Source of the DNA: a virus | Lineage: Duplodnaviria > Caudoviricetes | Length of the DNA: 64,000 nt | Virus record (IMG/VR): IMGVR_UViG_3300042892_002922 | Location: 160,001 to 224,000 of that record | Reading direction: 5' to 3' (one strand) | Part shown: piece after piece, positions 10,542 to 20,029 of the stretch | Layout of the letters: every line of letters begins with the position of its first letter | Position numbering within the stretch: the stretch's first letter is position 1 | Program-made: the position numbers and the translations under genes | The notes under the pieces: model-generated | Told to the model about the DNA's origin: nothing | Seen by the model: the letters and a program-made list of their open reading frames with translations, nothing else | Database searches by the model: none

Positions 10542-11356
10542 TAAAAAAAATAATTCATATCGCAGATTTACACATCCGTACATATCAAATGCACGAGTTG
10601 TATAAAACACAGTTTGATAAGTTAATTGAAGAAGTACGTGAACATGCTGCACAATGGACTTCAGAAGGTATTCGATGGGAAGAAATTCGCATTGTAATTG
10701 CTGGTGACATAGCACATCAAAAGATTAATATATCCAACGAACAATTACTATTAACTAGTTGGTTCTTAAATCAACTATCAAGTTATGGTATGGTTGTTAT
10801 CATCCCTGGAAATCACGACTTCTTAGAGAATAACCACGAGCGTTTAGACAGCATAACACCTATTATAGAATTGTTAAACAATAAAAATATTGTTTATTAT
10901 AGAGACATGGGTGTTTATAAAGATGATAATGTTAATTGGGTTGTGTATTCATTATACCAACATAATCAACGACCTGAATTTGAAAAAGAAGAAGGTAAAC
11001 TACACATCGGATTATTTCACGGACCAATTCAAGGATTATCAACTGATTTAGGTTTTGAGTTTGAAGATGCATATGACCAATTAAATTTTAGAGATTTAGA
11101 TTTATTACTATGTGGCGACATTCACAAAAGACAAACCTTCACATTACCTAGCGGTGGTAAAGGTGTAATGATTGGTTCTTTAATACAACAGAATTTCGGT
11201 GAGACAGTTAATCATCATGGTTATGGCGTCTATGATGTTAATACAAACACATATGAGTTTAAAAACTTACAAGTTGAACAACCGTTTTTACATTTTAAAA
11301 TCACAGACATAAATGATATCGAAGAGCAAAAAGAGCATCTCGTTAATCTTGGATGA
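10538..11356 (+). CDS. sbcD: SbcD/Mre11-like metallophosphoesterase nuclease subunit (gp47-like)
   Basis: HIADLH, AGD, PGNHD, FHG, GDIH motifs; SbcC-like gene downstream. Confidence 0.85.
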   Translation: MIKKIIHIADLHIRTYQMHELYKTQFDKLIEEVREHAAQWTSEGIRWEEIRIVIAGDIAHQKINISNEQLLLTSWFLNQLSSYGMVVIIPGNHDFLENNHERLDSITPIIELLNNKNIVYYRDMGVYKDDNVNWVVYSLYQHNQRPEFEKEEGKLHIGLFHGPIQGLSTDLGFEFEDAYDQLNFRDLDLLLCGDIHKRQTFTLPSGGKGVMIGSLIQQNFGETVNHHGYGVYDVNTNTYEFKNLQVEQPFLHFKITDINDIEEQKEHLVNLG

Positions 11357-11834
11357 TGATTTTATACAATACTGCAAACTCAACAATATAGAGGATCAAC
11401 AATCATTTGCTAAAAGAATATTTAATCAAGGTTTCTCAATCATCAAGTACGGTGAAACCCCTAATGGGGTACAGGGTAAAGAGAAAATTGTGGAGAAGGA
11501 AGTTATCAAAGAAGTAATTGTTGAAAAGATTGTAGAGGTGGTGAAATTAGTAGAAGTCATCAAAGAAATACCTGTTGAGAAAATTGTGGAAATTATAAAA
11601 GAAGTTCCAGTTAAAACGAAAGGGGAAACTCAAATTGTAACTAAAGAAGTTATTAAAGAGGTCTTTGTAGATAAAATAATCCCAGATGTTGAAAAGGATA
11701 AAACAATTCAAAAACTAACAGAGGAAAATCAAAAACTCACAAATGATTTAAATAAAATAACCACAGCGTTGAATAAGATGGGTAAAGCCAAGTACCTTAA
11801 AAACAGCGACTTAAATGACTTGTATGGCGAATAA
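11313..11834 (+). CDS. Hypothetical protein with Val/Glu/Lys (EKIVEVPV-like) repeats and C-terminal coiled coil
   Basis: EKIVEKEVIKEVIVEKIVEVVK...IKEVPV tract. Confidence 0.65.
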   Translation: MISKSKKSISLILDDDFIQYCKLNNIEDQQSFAKRIFNQGFSIIKYGETPNGVQGKEKIVEKEVIKEVIVEKIVEVVKLVEVIKEIPVEKIVEIIKEVPVKTKGETQIVTKEVIKEVFVDKIIPDVEKDKTIQKLTEENQKLTNDLNKITTALNKMGKAKYLKNSDLNDLYGE

Positions 11835-11891
11835 AATCGGGCAACGGTTATTTTTTATTATGTGGTAAATAAAGTATATTAGTAAAAACAT

Positions 11892-12209
11892 ATGAATATG
11901 ACATTATTATTTTTCTGGGCTTTTATGGCTTACGGTATGACAACAATAATTGTTTACGGATCAATATTCGATAAACCTAGGGAGTTCATTAAGAGACACT
12001 CAAAATTTTTTGGAGATCTTGTTGGTTGTATGCTTTGTACATCAACTTGGTGCGGATTTTTCTTATCATTAGTTTTGGGCGGGCTGTCAACTAAAATATT
12101 TGACATTAATTGGATTCCAGCAATATTTTTTGATGGTATGTATACGGCCGGCATCGTCTGGGCTATAAACGGAATAGTTGAATTTTTTGAAGAAAGTAGA
12201 ATAAAATAA
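11892..12209 (+). CDS. Small membrane protein (DUF1360-like)
   Basis: Three hydrophobic segments, CMLCTSTWCG motif. Confidence 0.6.
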   Translation: MNMTLLFFWAFMAYGMTTIIVYGSIFDKPREFIKRHSKFFGDLVGCMLCTSTWCGFFLSLVLGGLSTKIFDINWIPAIFFDGMYTAGIVWAINGIVEFFEESRIK

Positions 12210-12229
12210 TATAAATAAAATAACAAAAA

Positions 12230-13183
12230 ATGACATCAAGTGAATTTGAAGTAAAAAAAATTAAATGGTTGGAAACTGCTAAAACCAAAAAAGGTATTAT
12301 AGCACAGTTAGACCCTGACGGATTATATTCCGCGTTTATTATTAGTAGATTAACAGGATTAGATGTTGTTGGTGTATCGGATTTATATAACAACATTTAT
12401 GGTATCGATGAAAACGACAAGTTAAGTGATTATGTTTTTGTTGACGTTGAAATGTTCTTACCAGATGTATTATCTGTTGGTAATCATAATAACATTACAA
12501 GCCCTAAAGTTTACGAGGAAATTAAAGACAGATTGGTTAATTGTTTAAACCCTAACTATCAGTTTGGTGTAACCGTAAAAGAATATACTGGTAAGTACCC
12601 GTTTGGTACCGCACATTATCTAATTGAGTTATATTCAGAAGAATTAAATCTTCCTGAGTTATTTGAATCAAAAGAGTTATTACAACTTCTGTATATTTCA
12701 GATGCGGTATATAATACGGTAAACAAATACCCCACAAACTTTAAGAACTGGGCAGATAAATTATTTAAAAACGATTTATTCCAGGATAAGTTTTTAAAGG
12801 TGTTATTTAAAAAATTCAGTTTCTCAAAAGACACAGAACGCTTATTAAACGAAGCAAAAAAAATGTTTGGTGGTTATGAATTCTTTAATAAACGTTTAAA
12901 CAGTAAAAATATTGACGAAGAAACTCGTTTATCTTTGGTAAAAGAGAAATTAAATCACTTATCTTTACCATTCCAAAACTTAGGTATGGATTTTACTAAA
13001 ATAAACATGGATAAGAATATTAAACTTAATAGCCACAAATATGGTGGTTACAGTGGTAATGAATTACCAGAAGATATTACGCAAAACCCGGCATCATTAT
13101 ATGAAAATGTGATGACAATTAATTACACAGGACAAAATATCATTTCTTTAACCTATATTCCAAAGGAAACACAAAATGTATAA
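12230..13183 (+). CDS. Putative DHH-superfamily phosphoesterase-like protein
   Basis: N-terminal LDPDGLYSA (DxDG), FVDV and GNH motifs in DHH order; His pair degenerate. Confidence 0.4.
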   Translation: MTSSEFEVKKIKWLETAKTKKGIIAQLDPDGLYSAFIISRLTGLDVVGVSDLYNNIYGIDENDKLSDYVFVDVEMFLPDVLSVGNHNNITSPKVYEEIKDRLVNCLNPNYQFGVTVKEYTGKYPFGTAHYLIELYSEELNLPELFESKELLQLLYISDAVYNTVNKYPTNFKNWADKLFKNDLFQDKFLKVLFKKFSFSKDTERLLNEAKKMFGGYEFFNKRLNSKNIDEETRLSLVKEKLNHLSLPFQNLGMDFTKINMDKNIKLNSHKYGGYSGNELPEDITQNPASLYENVMTINYTGQNIISLTYIPKETQNV

Positions 13184-15518
13184 TAACCCTTTTATTAAAG
13201 TTGAGTGGGAAGATACTCCAGAGAATCTTACCCAAGAAAGAATCAAACGTGTTAAATCGTATTTCCAAAACAAATACAATAGCACGAATGTTAAGATTGT
13301 TACAAAGACAATCAACAACTCATCCAATGCGAAGTTGAAATCGTTAGAGGCGTCTGATAATATATTGGACCCTCAATATCAAAAAAACTTGGTAAAGGAG
13401 TTCTTAACTGAGAACCAGTCAACAATTAAATGGGATTTTATAAATCGTTTAGATGACCGTGTTAATGGTGAAATTGATAAATTAAATCAGAACAAGGTTA
13501 GATATAATAAATGGTTTATTAAAAAGGTTGAATTCTCAAACTTCCTATCCTATGGTGAAGGGAACGTAATTGATTTTACGGATTTAGACGGCATCACAGT
13601 AATTGAATCAACACCTAAAAATTTTGGTGGTAAGTCAACCGCAACTGTTGATTTATTGATGTTTTTGTTCTTTAATTCAACAACCAAAACAAAAACTAAC
13701 GGAGAGATATTCAACAAGTTTTCCGATTCAGATGAAGTTAAGGTAAAAGGTGAGGTTACAATTGATGGTGATGATTATCTTATCAGTAGAACTATTACTC
13801 GCAAAAAAAGTAAGTCAGGTGAATACACGGTTAAAAATGATTTGGAGTTCTTTAAGAAATCACCAGAAGGCGAATTGATTAATTTATCTGGTGAACAAAG
13901 AAGAGAGACAGAGATATTAATTACATCCGCTATTGGAACTGAAGAAGATTTCTTATCTACAATTTTAACAACTGGTTATAACTTAGAAGAACTTATTGAA
14001 AGTAAACCAACTGCTAGAGGACAAATCATCACTAAATTTCTTGGGTTAGAATCCTTAAAACAAAAAGAGGATATTGCTAAAGAAATGTATAGCGAATGGA
14101 GTAAGAAGTTGGTTTCAAATACAAATAACAAAACAGATTTAGATGATCAGATTAAAACGTTTGAAGATTCAATTGGGAATTCTAACACACAAATTACTGA
14201 TTTAGGGGTTTCTTTAGATGGGTTTAAAGATACATTAAAAAATCTAGAAGATAGACGAGATTTAATATTGGGTCAAAAAAATAACGACATTGATGATGAC
14301 CTTATAAGAACTAACCCAACCTTGTTGCAAAGAGAGATTGAGGATCTTAAGCGTCTTCAAACATCTAGCAAAACTCAAGGCAATGATGTAAGTGTTGTAG
14401 AACCATCGCAGTATTATTTGGATGAAGAACACGATAAACTAAAAGACAAAGTTAATTCAATTGTTGTTGATGGTAAGCTCGTGAGTGAAACTATTACACG
14501 TAATGAAAATTTAGTTAATCAATTAGAGAAAGGTAGTGTATGTCCAACATGTCATAGAGCGTTAGATGAGGTTGACCACACTAGTGAGATTGAAAAAATT
14601 AAAAAGGAAATTGAGGGTTTAAAGGATAAACAAACAGAACTAAAATCTCAATACACCGAAGCAAACGACGCTGAAAAGTTATATGCTGCGATTAAAAAAG
14701 AATATGACGAATACGAAAGAAACAAACTTCGTAAAAGTAGATTCGAATTAGAGGTTGAACAAAAACAAGTTGAAATTGATTCTAAACAATCAAAGTTAGA
14801 CCGTTATGATAGTAACAAATCTAAATTGGAAAACAACCAAAAGATTGAGGCAGAAATCATCACTTTAAGAACTAAGATTGAAACAGCAAATGCTGATATC
14901 CAACAAACCTTAAATAATATTGAAAGACATAAAAATAATATTACCAATCTTAAAGAAAAGATTGAAAACAATATTAAGTTGATTGAAAAAATTAAGGGCG
15001 AGGAAGAATACTTACAAGTGTTTAAAACATACTTAATGGTATTTGGTAAGAATGGTATTTCAAAAGTCATATTAAAAAATATGATACCACTTCTAAATCA
15101 AGAGTTGTCTCGATTACTATTAGATAGTTCATACTTCACACTAGAGTTGAACATTAACGATAAGAACGAAGTTGAATTTATCATGATTGATAATGAAACC
15201 AGAGTAGTTAAACCACTTAACTCCGGATCTGGTTATGAAAGAACAATATCGTCACTAGCGTTAAGAAGTGTATTAACTAAAGTATCCTCGTTACCTAAAC
15301 CAAACATAGTGGTAATGGATGAGGTATTTGGTAAGATAGCTGATGAAAATTTAGAAATGGTTGGTGAGTTCTTTAAAAAGATTAAGAATTATTTCGAACA
15401 TATATTTGTTATCTCACACAACCCATTAATTAGAAACTGGTCGGATAATATTATTATGGTGAAGAAAGATGATAATATATCATCAATCGACTACATAACA
15501 CCTAAAATTAATTACTAA
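13176..15518 (+). CDS. sbcC: SbcC/Rad50-like SMC ATPase (gp46-like)
   Basis: Walker A NFGGKST, coiled coil with CPTC zinc hook, signature SGSGYE, Walker B VVMDEVFG, ISH. Confidence 0.9.
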   Translation: MYNNPFIKVEWEDTPENLTQERIKRVKSYFQNKYNSTNVKIVTKTINNSSNAKLKSLEASDNILDPQYQKNLVKEFLTENQSTIKWDFINRLDDRVNGEIDKLNQNKVRYNKWFIKKVEFSNFLSYGEGNVIDFTDLDGITVIESTPKNFGGKSTATVDLLMFLFFNSTTKTKTNGEIFNKFSDSDEVKVKGEVTIDGDDYLISRTITRKKSKSGEYTVKNDLEFFKKSPEGELINLSGEQRRETEILITSAIGTEEDFLSTILTTGYNLEELIESKPTARGQIITKFLGLESLKQKEDIAKEMYSEWSKKLVSNTNNKTDLDDQIKTFEDSIGNSNTQITDLGVSLDGFKDTLKNLEDRRDLILGQKNNDIDDDLIRTNPTLLQREIEDLKRLQTSSKTQGNDVSVVEPSQYYLDEEHDKLKDKVNSIVVDGKLVSETITRNENLVNQLEKGSVCPTCHRALDEVDHTSEIEKIKKEIEGLKDKQTELKSQYTEANDAEKLYAAIKKEYDEYERNKLRKSRFELEVEQKQVEIDSKQSKLDRYDSNKSKLENNQKIEAEIITLRTKIETANADIQQTLNNIERHKNNITNLKEKIENNIKLIEKIKGEEEYLQVFKTYLMVFGKNGISKVILKNMIPLLNQELSRLLLDSSYFTLELNINDKNEVEFIMIDNETRVVKPLNSGSGYERTISSLALRSVLTKVSSLPKPNIVVMDEVFGKIADENLEMVGEFFKKIKNYFEHIFVISHNPLIRNWSDNIIMVKKDDNISSIDYITPKINY

Positions 15519-16330
15519 TCGTTTAAGTAACGATAAACGGTTAATAAACCTCTTTCAAAAATCTCCATCGTGATTTCACAATCTACTACAGCATTGTGAG
15601 CACCTTGGAGTTTTTTCTTTAATTGATTTATCTCATCATCAAACCCAGTGGCTAAAGATTTTAACGCATTTGATTTAGCACCACCTTCTTTGCCTGGGAA
15701 CTTATCTAGTTTAGCTTGATAATCAGGGTTATCTTTTGATATTGTGTTTAATATTGGGAAGAAGAAGTTTTTAAAGAAATTGATACTATCTATCATCTCA
15801 TCGGTGCTATCTTTAAAAATCTCGTGGAATTGAATCCATTTTAAATCAAATGGTGCGTTGTGTGCAATTAAAGTAACGTTTTCATGTTCTTTTAAAAACT
15901 CATCAAACTTTTCTAATGCGTTTCTTTCTTCTTCATATGATTCGCTATTTGCTAAATCATAGTGATTAAATTTTAGAATGCCCTTTTTAGTGTTAAATAA
16001 CCATCTTTTATATTCGTCACTTTCTTCATCTTCTGGAGCGTCTGGCTCGGTAGTCATCTGTTGAAGAGTTTCGTCATTTAATTTAATACCAATATTAAAT
16101 CTACCTAATTCAAAAAATCTTAATGTCTCACCATTTATTTGAGTCGCAATTGCTGCGATTTGTGTTAATTGGTTAGCAGGTCTACCTGCTGGGTTACGAT
16201 CTAAACCGGTGGTTTCGGTATCAAAAAAGACAAAAGTGTGGTTAACTCTTTTTAAAAACCAATCTAAAAGTTTTTCACTAGGTAACCCACCAACCTCAAT
16301 TTCACGTATAATTTTGGACATTTTAATCAT
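15515..16330 (-). CDS. DEDDh 3'-5' exonuclease (DnaQ-like)
   Basis: FFDTETTGL, AHNAPFD, AHNAVVD motifs; start likely ATG 16330 or 16321 rather than 16393. Confidence 0.85.
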   Translation of the reverse strand: MIKMSKIIREIEVGGLPSEKLLDWFLKRVNHTFVFFDTETTGLDRNPAGRPANQLTQIAAIATQINGETLRFFELGRFNIGIKLNDETLQQMTTEPDAPEDEESDEYKRWLFNTKKGILKFNHYDLANSESYEEERNALEKFDEFLKEHENVTLIAHNAPFDLKWIQFHEIFKDSTDEMIDSINFFKNFFFPILNTISKDNPDYQAKLDKFPGKEGGAKSNALKSLATGFDDEINQLKKKLQGAHNAVVDCEITMEIFERGLLTVYRYLND

Positions 16331-16410
16331 AACAATAAATATTAGAAAAACATTGTTTTTTATTACGGGGATTTTTAAGTATATTTGTTCCATACTAAAT
16401 TAAATCTACC

Positions 16411-17082
16411 ATGACACCCAAAGATTACAAAGATTTCGGTTTGTACGCAAAAGACCGCGGAATTAGTTCCTTAAACATGCATTATCATCAAAAAAATATT
16501 GAGGGTAGTTTAACTCCATACGTCTTAGAGGAAAGACAACTGAACGTTACACAAATGGATGTGTTTTCACGTTTAATGATGGAAAGAATTATTTGGGTGG
16601 CCGGTGAGGTTAATGATAATATGTCGGTTATAACTCAAGCACAGTTAATGTTCTTGGACAGTTTAGATACTAATGACATAACTATGCATATCGATACCCC
16701 AGGCGGAAGCGTTAAATCTGGTTTATCAATGGTTGATGTTATGGATTACATTAAGTCCGATATTAGGACGATTAATACTGGAATGGCTGCATCTATGGGT
16801 TCAATCCTTTTAGGGGCAGGAACGAAGGGAAAACGCGGTTCATTGAGATTCTCAAGAACAATGTTACACCAATCATCTGGAGGTTTTAGAGGTAACATTC
16901 AAGATGCTAAGATTGATATGGTTGAGTGGGATAAATTAAATAACACATTATTTGACCTATTGGGTGGTTATTGTGGTAAAACAGGTGAACAAGTTAAACA
17001 AGATGCGTCTAGGGATCTCTGGTTGAGTTCTGAAGATGCTTTAGCATACGGTATTATTGACGAAGTTGTCAAAAGAAAATAG
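16411..17082 (+). CDS. clpP: ATP-dependent Clp protease proteolytic subunit
   Basis: DVFSRLMMERII, IDTPGGSV, GMAASMGS (catalytic Ser), MLHQ (His), RDLWLSSEDALAYGIID. Confidence 0.92.
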   Translation: MTPKDYKDFGLYAKDRGISSLNMHYHQKNIEGSLTPYVLEERQLNVTQMDVFSRLMMERIIWVAGEVNDNMSVITQAQLMFLDSLDTNDITMHIDTPGGSVKSGLSMVDVMDYIKSDIRTINTGMAASMGSILLGAGTKGKRGSLRFSRTMLHQSSGGFRGNIQDAKIDMVEWDKLNNTLFDLLGGYCGKTGEQVKQDASRDLWLSSEDALAYGIIDEVVKRK

Positions 17083-17112
17083 GGTTAATTTATTCAACAT
17101 TTTGGTTTCAAC

Positions 17113-17143
17113 AAAAAGGGAAGTTTTTAACTTCCCTTTTTTT
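17113..17143 (+). terminator. Intrinsic terminator (potentially bidirectional)
   Basis: AAAAAGGGAAGTT/AACTTCCCTTTTT inverted repeat after clpP. Confidence 0.8.
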
Positions 17144-17260
17144 ATTTATTCCCTTATATTTATTTCTAGACCTTGTGGTTGAAGTCGAAGTGTCCCAGAG
17201 GCATTTGAGTTGGAATTGATACCAACGAATTCGGGTTCAAATACAAAAAAATATAAGGAA

Positions 17261-18100
17261 ATGAACAGAAGAATTTCAGTTAACACAACTGGTCTTGCTG
17301 TACCACAATCTTTCATTACTAAAGGTAAACAAAGATTAAAACAGCACATTGACACCGTATATCTTAATAACGGTGATGAGTTCGAAATCGAACTTTTTAA
17401 TCCAACACACAATAAAGTTTTAGCAAAAATTGAGATGAATGGTAATGCCGTTGGTAATGGTATTATAATTCGTCCAGGTGAACGCGTTTTCCTCGAAAGA
17501 TATCTTGATGAGGCAAAGAAGTTTTTATTTGAAACATATGTTGTAAATGGTGATAATTTAGAAGTACAAGAAGCAATTGCTGATAATGGTGATGTGGTTA
17601 TTAAGTTCTATAACGAAACGCCTCCACCGACATATTATAGCGGTAATTCAGGCACGTTAACGATATCTAACCCAGGTTGGATAAACAACACGGGGACACC
17701 ATTTACCTACACTACACATAATACTTTAGGTATGAATACATTTAATCCTACTAGTATTACAACAACGGGAACAAATGCGGTTTATACTTCCAATTCATCT
17801 TTAACAAGTGGAACGTTTAGTACCTCAAATACATTCTTAAACAACCCCGATAAGGTTAAAAAATCTAAAAGACAGGTTGAAACAGGTAGAGTTGAAAAGG
17901 GTTCCAATTCTAATCAATCCTTTACATACGATAGTACATCTTTCAATAGTTGGGCGTCTAACACAAATTGGTGGAAAATAAAACCCAAATCAACTCAATT
18001 GGTAACAATGGATGATTTGGCTACATATTGCACTGAATGTGGCAGTAGAAGGAAAAAAGACACATATAAGTTCTGCCCACAATGTGGCACAAAATACTAA
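17261..18100 (+). CDS. Hypothetical protein with C-terminal zinc ribbon
   Basis: YCTECG...FCPQCG C-terminus; ATG at 17261 preferred over TTG at 17210. Confidence 0.7.
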   Translation: MNRRISVNTTGLAVPQSFITKGKQRLKQHIDTVYLNNGDEFEIELFNPTHNKVLAKIEMNGNAVGNGIIIRPGERVFLERYLDEAKKFLFETYVVNGDNLEVQEAIADNGDVVIKFYNETPPPTYYSGNSGTLTISNPGWINNTGTPFTYTTHNTLGMNTFNPTSITTTGTNAVYTSNSSLTSGTFSTSNTFLNNPDKVKKSKRQVETGRVEKGSNSNQSFTYDSTSFNSWASNTNWWKIKPKSTQLVTMDDLATYCTECGSRRKKDTYKFCPQCGTKY

Positions 18101-18125
18101 TAAACTAATCACAAGGTCTAACTCT

Positions 18126-18145
18126 GAGGTCGCTTTTGCGACCTC
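18126..18145 (+). terminator. GC-rich hairpin, likely terminator
   Basis: GAGGTCGC-TTTT-GCGACCTC perfect 8-bp stem followed by TTTGTATTT. Confidence 0.65.
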
Positions 18146-18171
18146 TTTGTATTTATAATAAAACAGATAAT

Positions 18172-18507
18172 ATGAAGATTGATAAAACAAACATCCTATT
18201 AGTTTTGATTGCTTGTTTGGCTGGCTATACCATATTTCAAAATCAAGGTATAAAAACTGACGTTGCGGGTTATAACGCTAAAATTGAATCCTTACAAAAG
18301 GAAATTGATTCGGTTTATATTGCAAACAAAGAAATAGACAATCAAATCGAAAAAGTTGATAATCACATTGTTAATGTTGATAAAGATATCGACAACGTGA
18401 CAAAAAACATAACTATTATTAAAAACAACACAGATGAAAAAGTTAATTCTATTACTACTATTGGTAATGTTGAGCTTGAGCAGTTATTCGCAAACAGATA
18501 CAACTAA
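18172..18507 (+). CDS. Membrane-anchored coiled-coil protein (spanin-like, tentative)
   Basis: N-terminal hydrophobic segment then heptad-rich region; ATG at 18172. Confidence 0.55.
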   Translation: MKIDKTNILLVLIACLAGYTIFQNQGIKTDVAGYNAKIESLQKEIDSVYIANKEIDNQIEKVDNHIVNVDKDIDNVTKNITIIKNNTDEKVNSITTIGNVELEQLFANRYN

Positions 18508-18859
18508 AGTTATTGTATTAGATACTACTAAAGTTACTATAACAACAAAAGTTGCTAGATTAGTATTTCAAGATTTGCTTCGTTACGACGGTGCTAAGTT
18601 AGAAATTATTGAGTTAAATAAAGTAATAACACTAAAAGACGAACAAATTGGTTTGTTTAAACAAAAAGACACTTTAAAAGACCAAAAAATAACAAACTTA
18701 GAAGTTATTATTTCTAAGAAAGATGAACAGTTTGGTTTAGAAAGACAAAAATCTGAAAGTTTATTAAAAGAACTTAAAGGGCAAAGAACCAAAACATTTT
18801 TATATAAAGTTGGAACTTATGTCGGGATAATTGCTACTAGTATATTATTGATTAAGTAA
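18434..18859 (+). CDS. Exported coiled-coil protein with C-terminal transmembrane segment
   Basis: Signal peptide MKKLILLLLLVMLSLSSYSQ, C-terminal VGTYVGIIATSILLIK; overlaps the upstream gene by 74 nt. Confidence 0.6.
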   Translation: MKKLILLLLLVMLSLSSYSQTDTTKVIVLDTTKVTITTKVARLVFQDLLRYDGAKLEIIELNKVITLKDEQIGLFKQKDTLKDQKITNLEVIISKKDEQFGLERQKSESLLKELKGQRTKTFLYKVGTYVGIIATSILLIK

Positions 18860-18860
18860 T

Positions 18861-19502
18861 ATGAAAAAACATTTAACAGCCAAGAATTTTATTATTGTTA
18901 TTTTAATAATTTTATTATTCTTGGCTTTTTACAATCCAGGCGGGCATTTACCAAATAGAACAATCACAAGGGTTGATTCAATAGGTTATGCCGTACACGA
19001 TACAATATCAGTGGATAGTTTAATTGAGGTAGAAATTGAAATTGAGGTTCCAGTTGAGGTAGAGGTTGAAAAAAGAGTAGAGGTACAGGTATTAACACCA
19101 GTTGACACAACAGAAATTTTAAAGATTTATTTTGCGAAAATCCAACATAAAGATGTGCTAACATTACCTAACAATGTTGGGACTATTACGATTATGGATA
19201 CAATATCTAAAAATAGTATTGTTAACAGAAAGTTTATTAGCGACATTAAACAAATGATTATTAAAGACACAGTTTACACAAAAGAACCTAAGAAAGGTCA
19301 AATGTACTTTGGATTTAATGGTAGTTTAAGTAAACCTGATGTAGTTTCACATCTTGGCACTGGTATAATGTATAAAACAAAAGAAGATAAGATATATCAT
19401 CTAGGTATTGGTGTGGCAAACAGAATCTTAGACGGGACGACCGGAAAATTTACCCCATATGTTGACGGCGGTGTTTATTTTAAGATAAAAACAAGAAGGT
19501 AA
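18861..19502 (+). CDS. Membrane-anchored exported protein
   Basis: N-terminal TM segment, six D-(S/T)-(I/L/T/V) motifs, beta-rich C-terminus. Confidence 0.65.
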   Translation: MKKHLTAKNFIIVILIILLFLAFYNPGGHLPNRTITRVDSIGYAVHDTISVDSLIEVEIEIEVPVEVEVEKRVEVQVLTPVDTTEILKIYFAKIQHKDVLTLPNNVGTITIMDTISKNSIVNRKFISDIKQMIIKDTVYTKEPKKGQMYFGFNGSLSKPDVVSHLGTGIMYKTKEDKIYHLGIGVANRILDGTTGKFTPYVDGGVYFKIKTRR

Positions 19503-19506
19503 TTAA

Positions 19507-19986
19507 TTACTCAATAAAATTCCAAGGGTGTAAGGTAACTCCCACCACAAATAGATGTTCGTCCAATAATAGGGTGACTCTTTCAATACCTAAATGAACA
19601 TCCCTACTACCTTCACTATCAACTATATATTCACTCCAATCTAATTGAAGAATGTGTTCAAATGTATCTTCGCCATCATCGGTTAATGGTTCAACTTCAA
19701 TTTCCACTTCAATATCCCTAGGACCGCGCACATTGGTTATTTCAATAGAATCAATCCCCCAACCCCTTAAAGTCATATATAGGTCATAGACAATATTCAT
19801 TTTACCAATTGGGTTAACATTATAAATTCTTTGCCCATCATATTGGCGCGGATGTTCAATTTCAACCTCAACATCGGTTCTGAAATCAAGTAAATCCTTA
19901 CCTATACTTTCATTGATAAGTCCTTTAGATAGGTTTTCAGCTAAGTTTTGAACCTGTTTTCTTTTTAATTTTATTGTTTTTGGCAT
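19507..19986 (-). CDS. Hypothetical protein (possible head-associated)
   Basis: ATG at 19986 (MPKTIKLKRKQVQNLAENLSKGLINES); TATTTAT upstream on its own strand. Confidence 0.6.
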   Translation of the reverse strand: MPKTIKLKRKQVQNLAENLSKGLINESIGKDLLDFRTDVEVEIEHPRQYDGQRIYNVNPIGKMNIVYDLYMTLRGWGIDSIEITNVRGPRDIEVEIEVEPLTDDGEDTFEHILQLDWSEYIVDSEGSRDVHLGIERVTLLLDEHLFVVGVTLHPWNFIE

Positions 19987-20029
19987 AAAATTATATACTA
20001 ATTTATAATAAATAGTTATATTATGTAAG

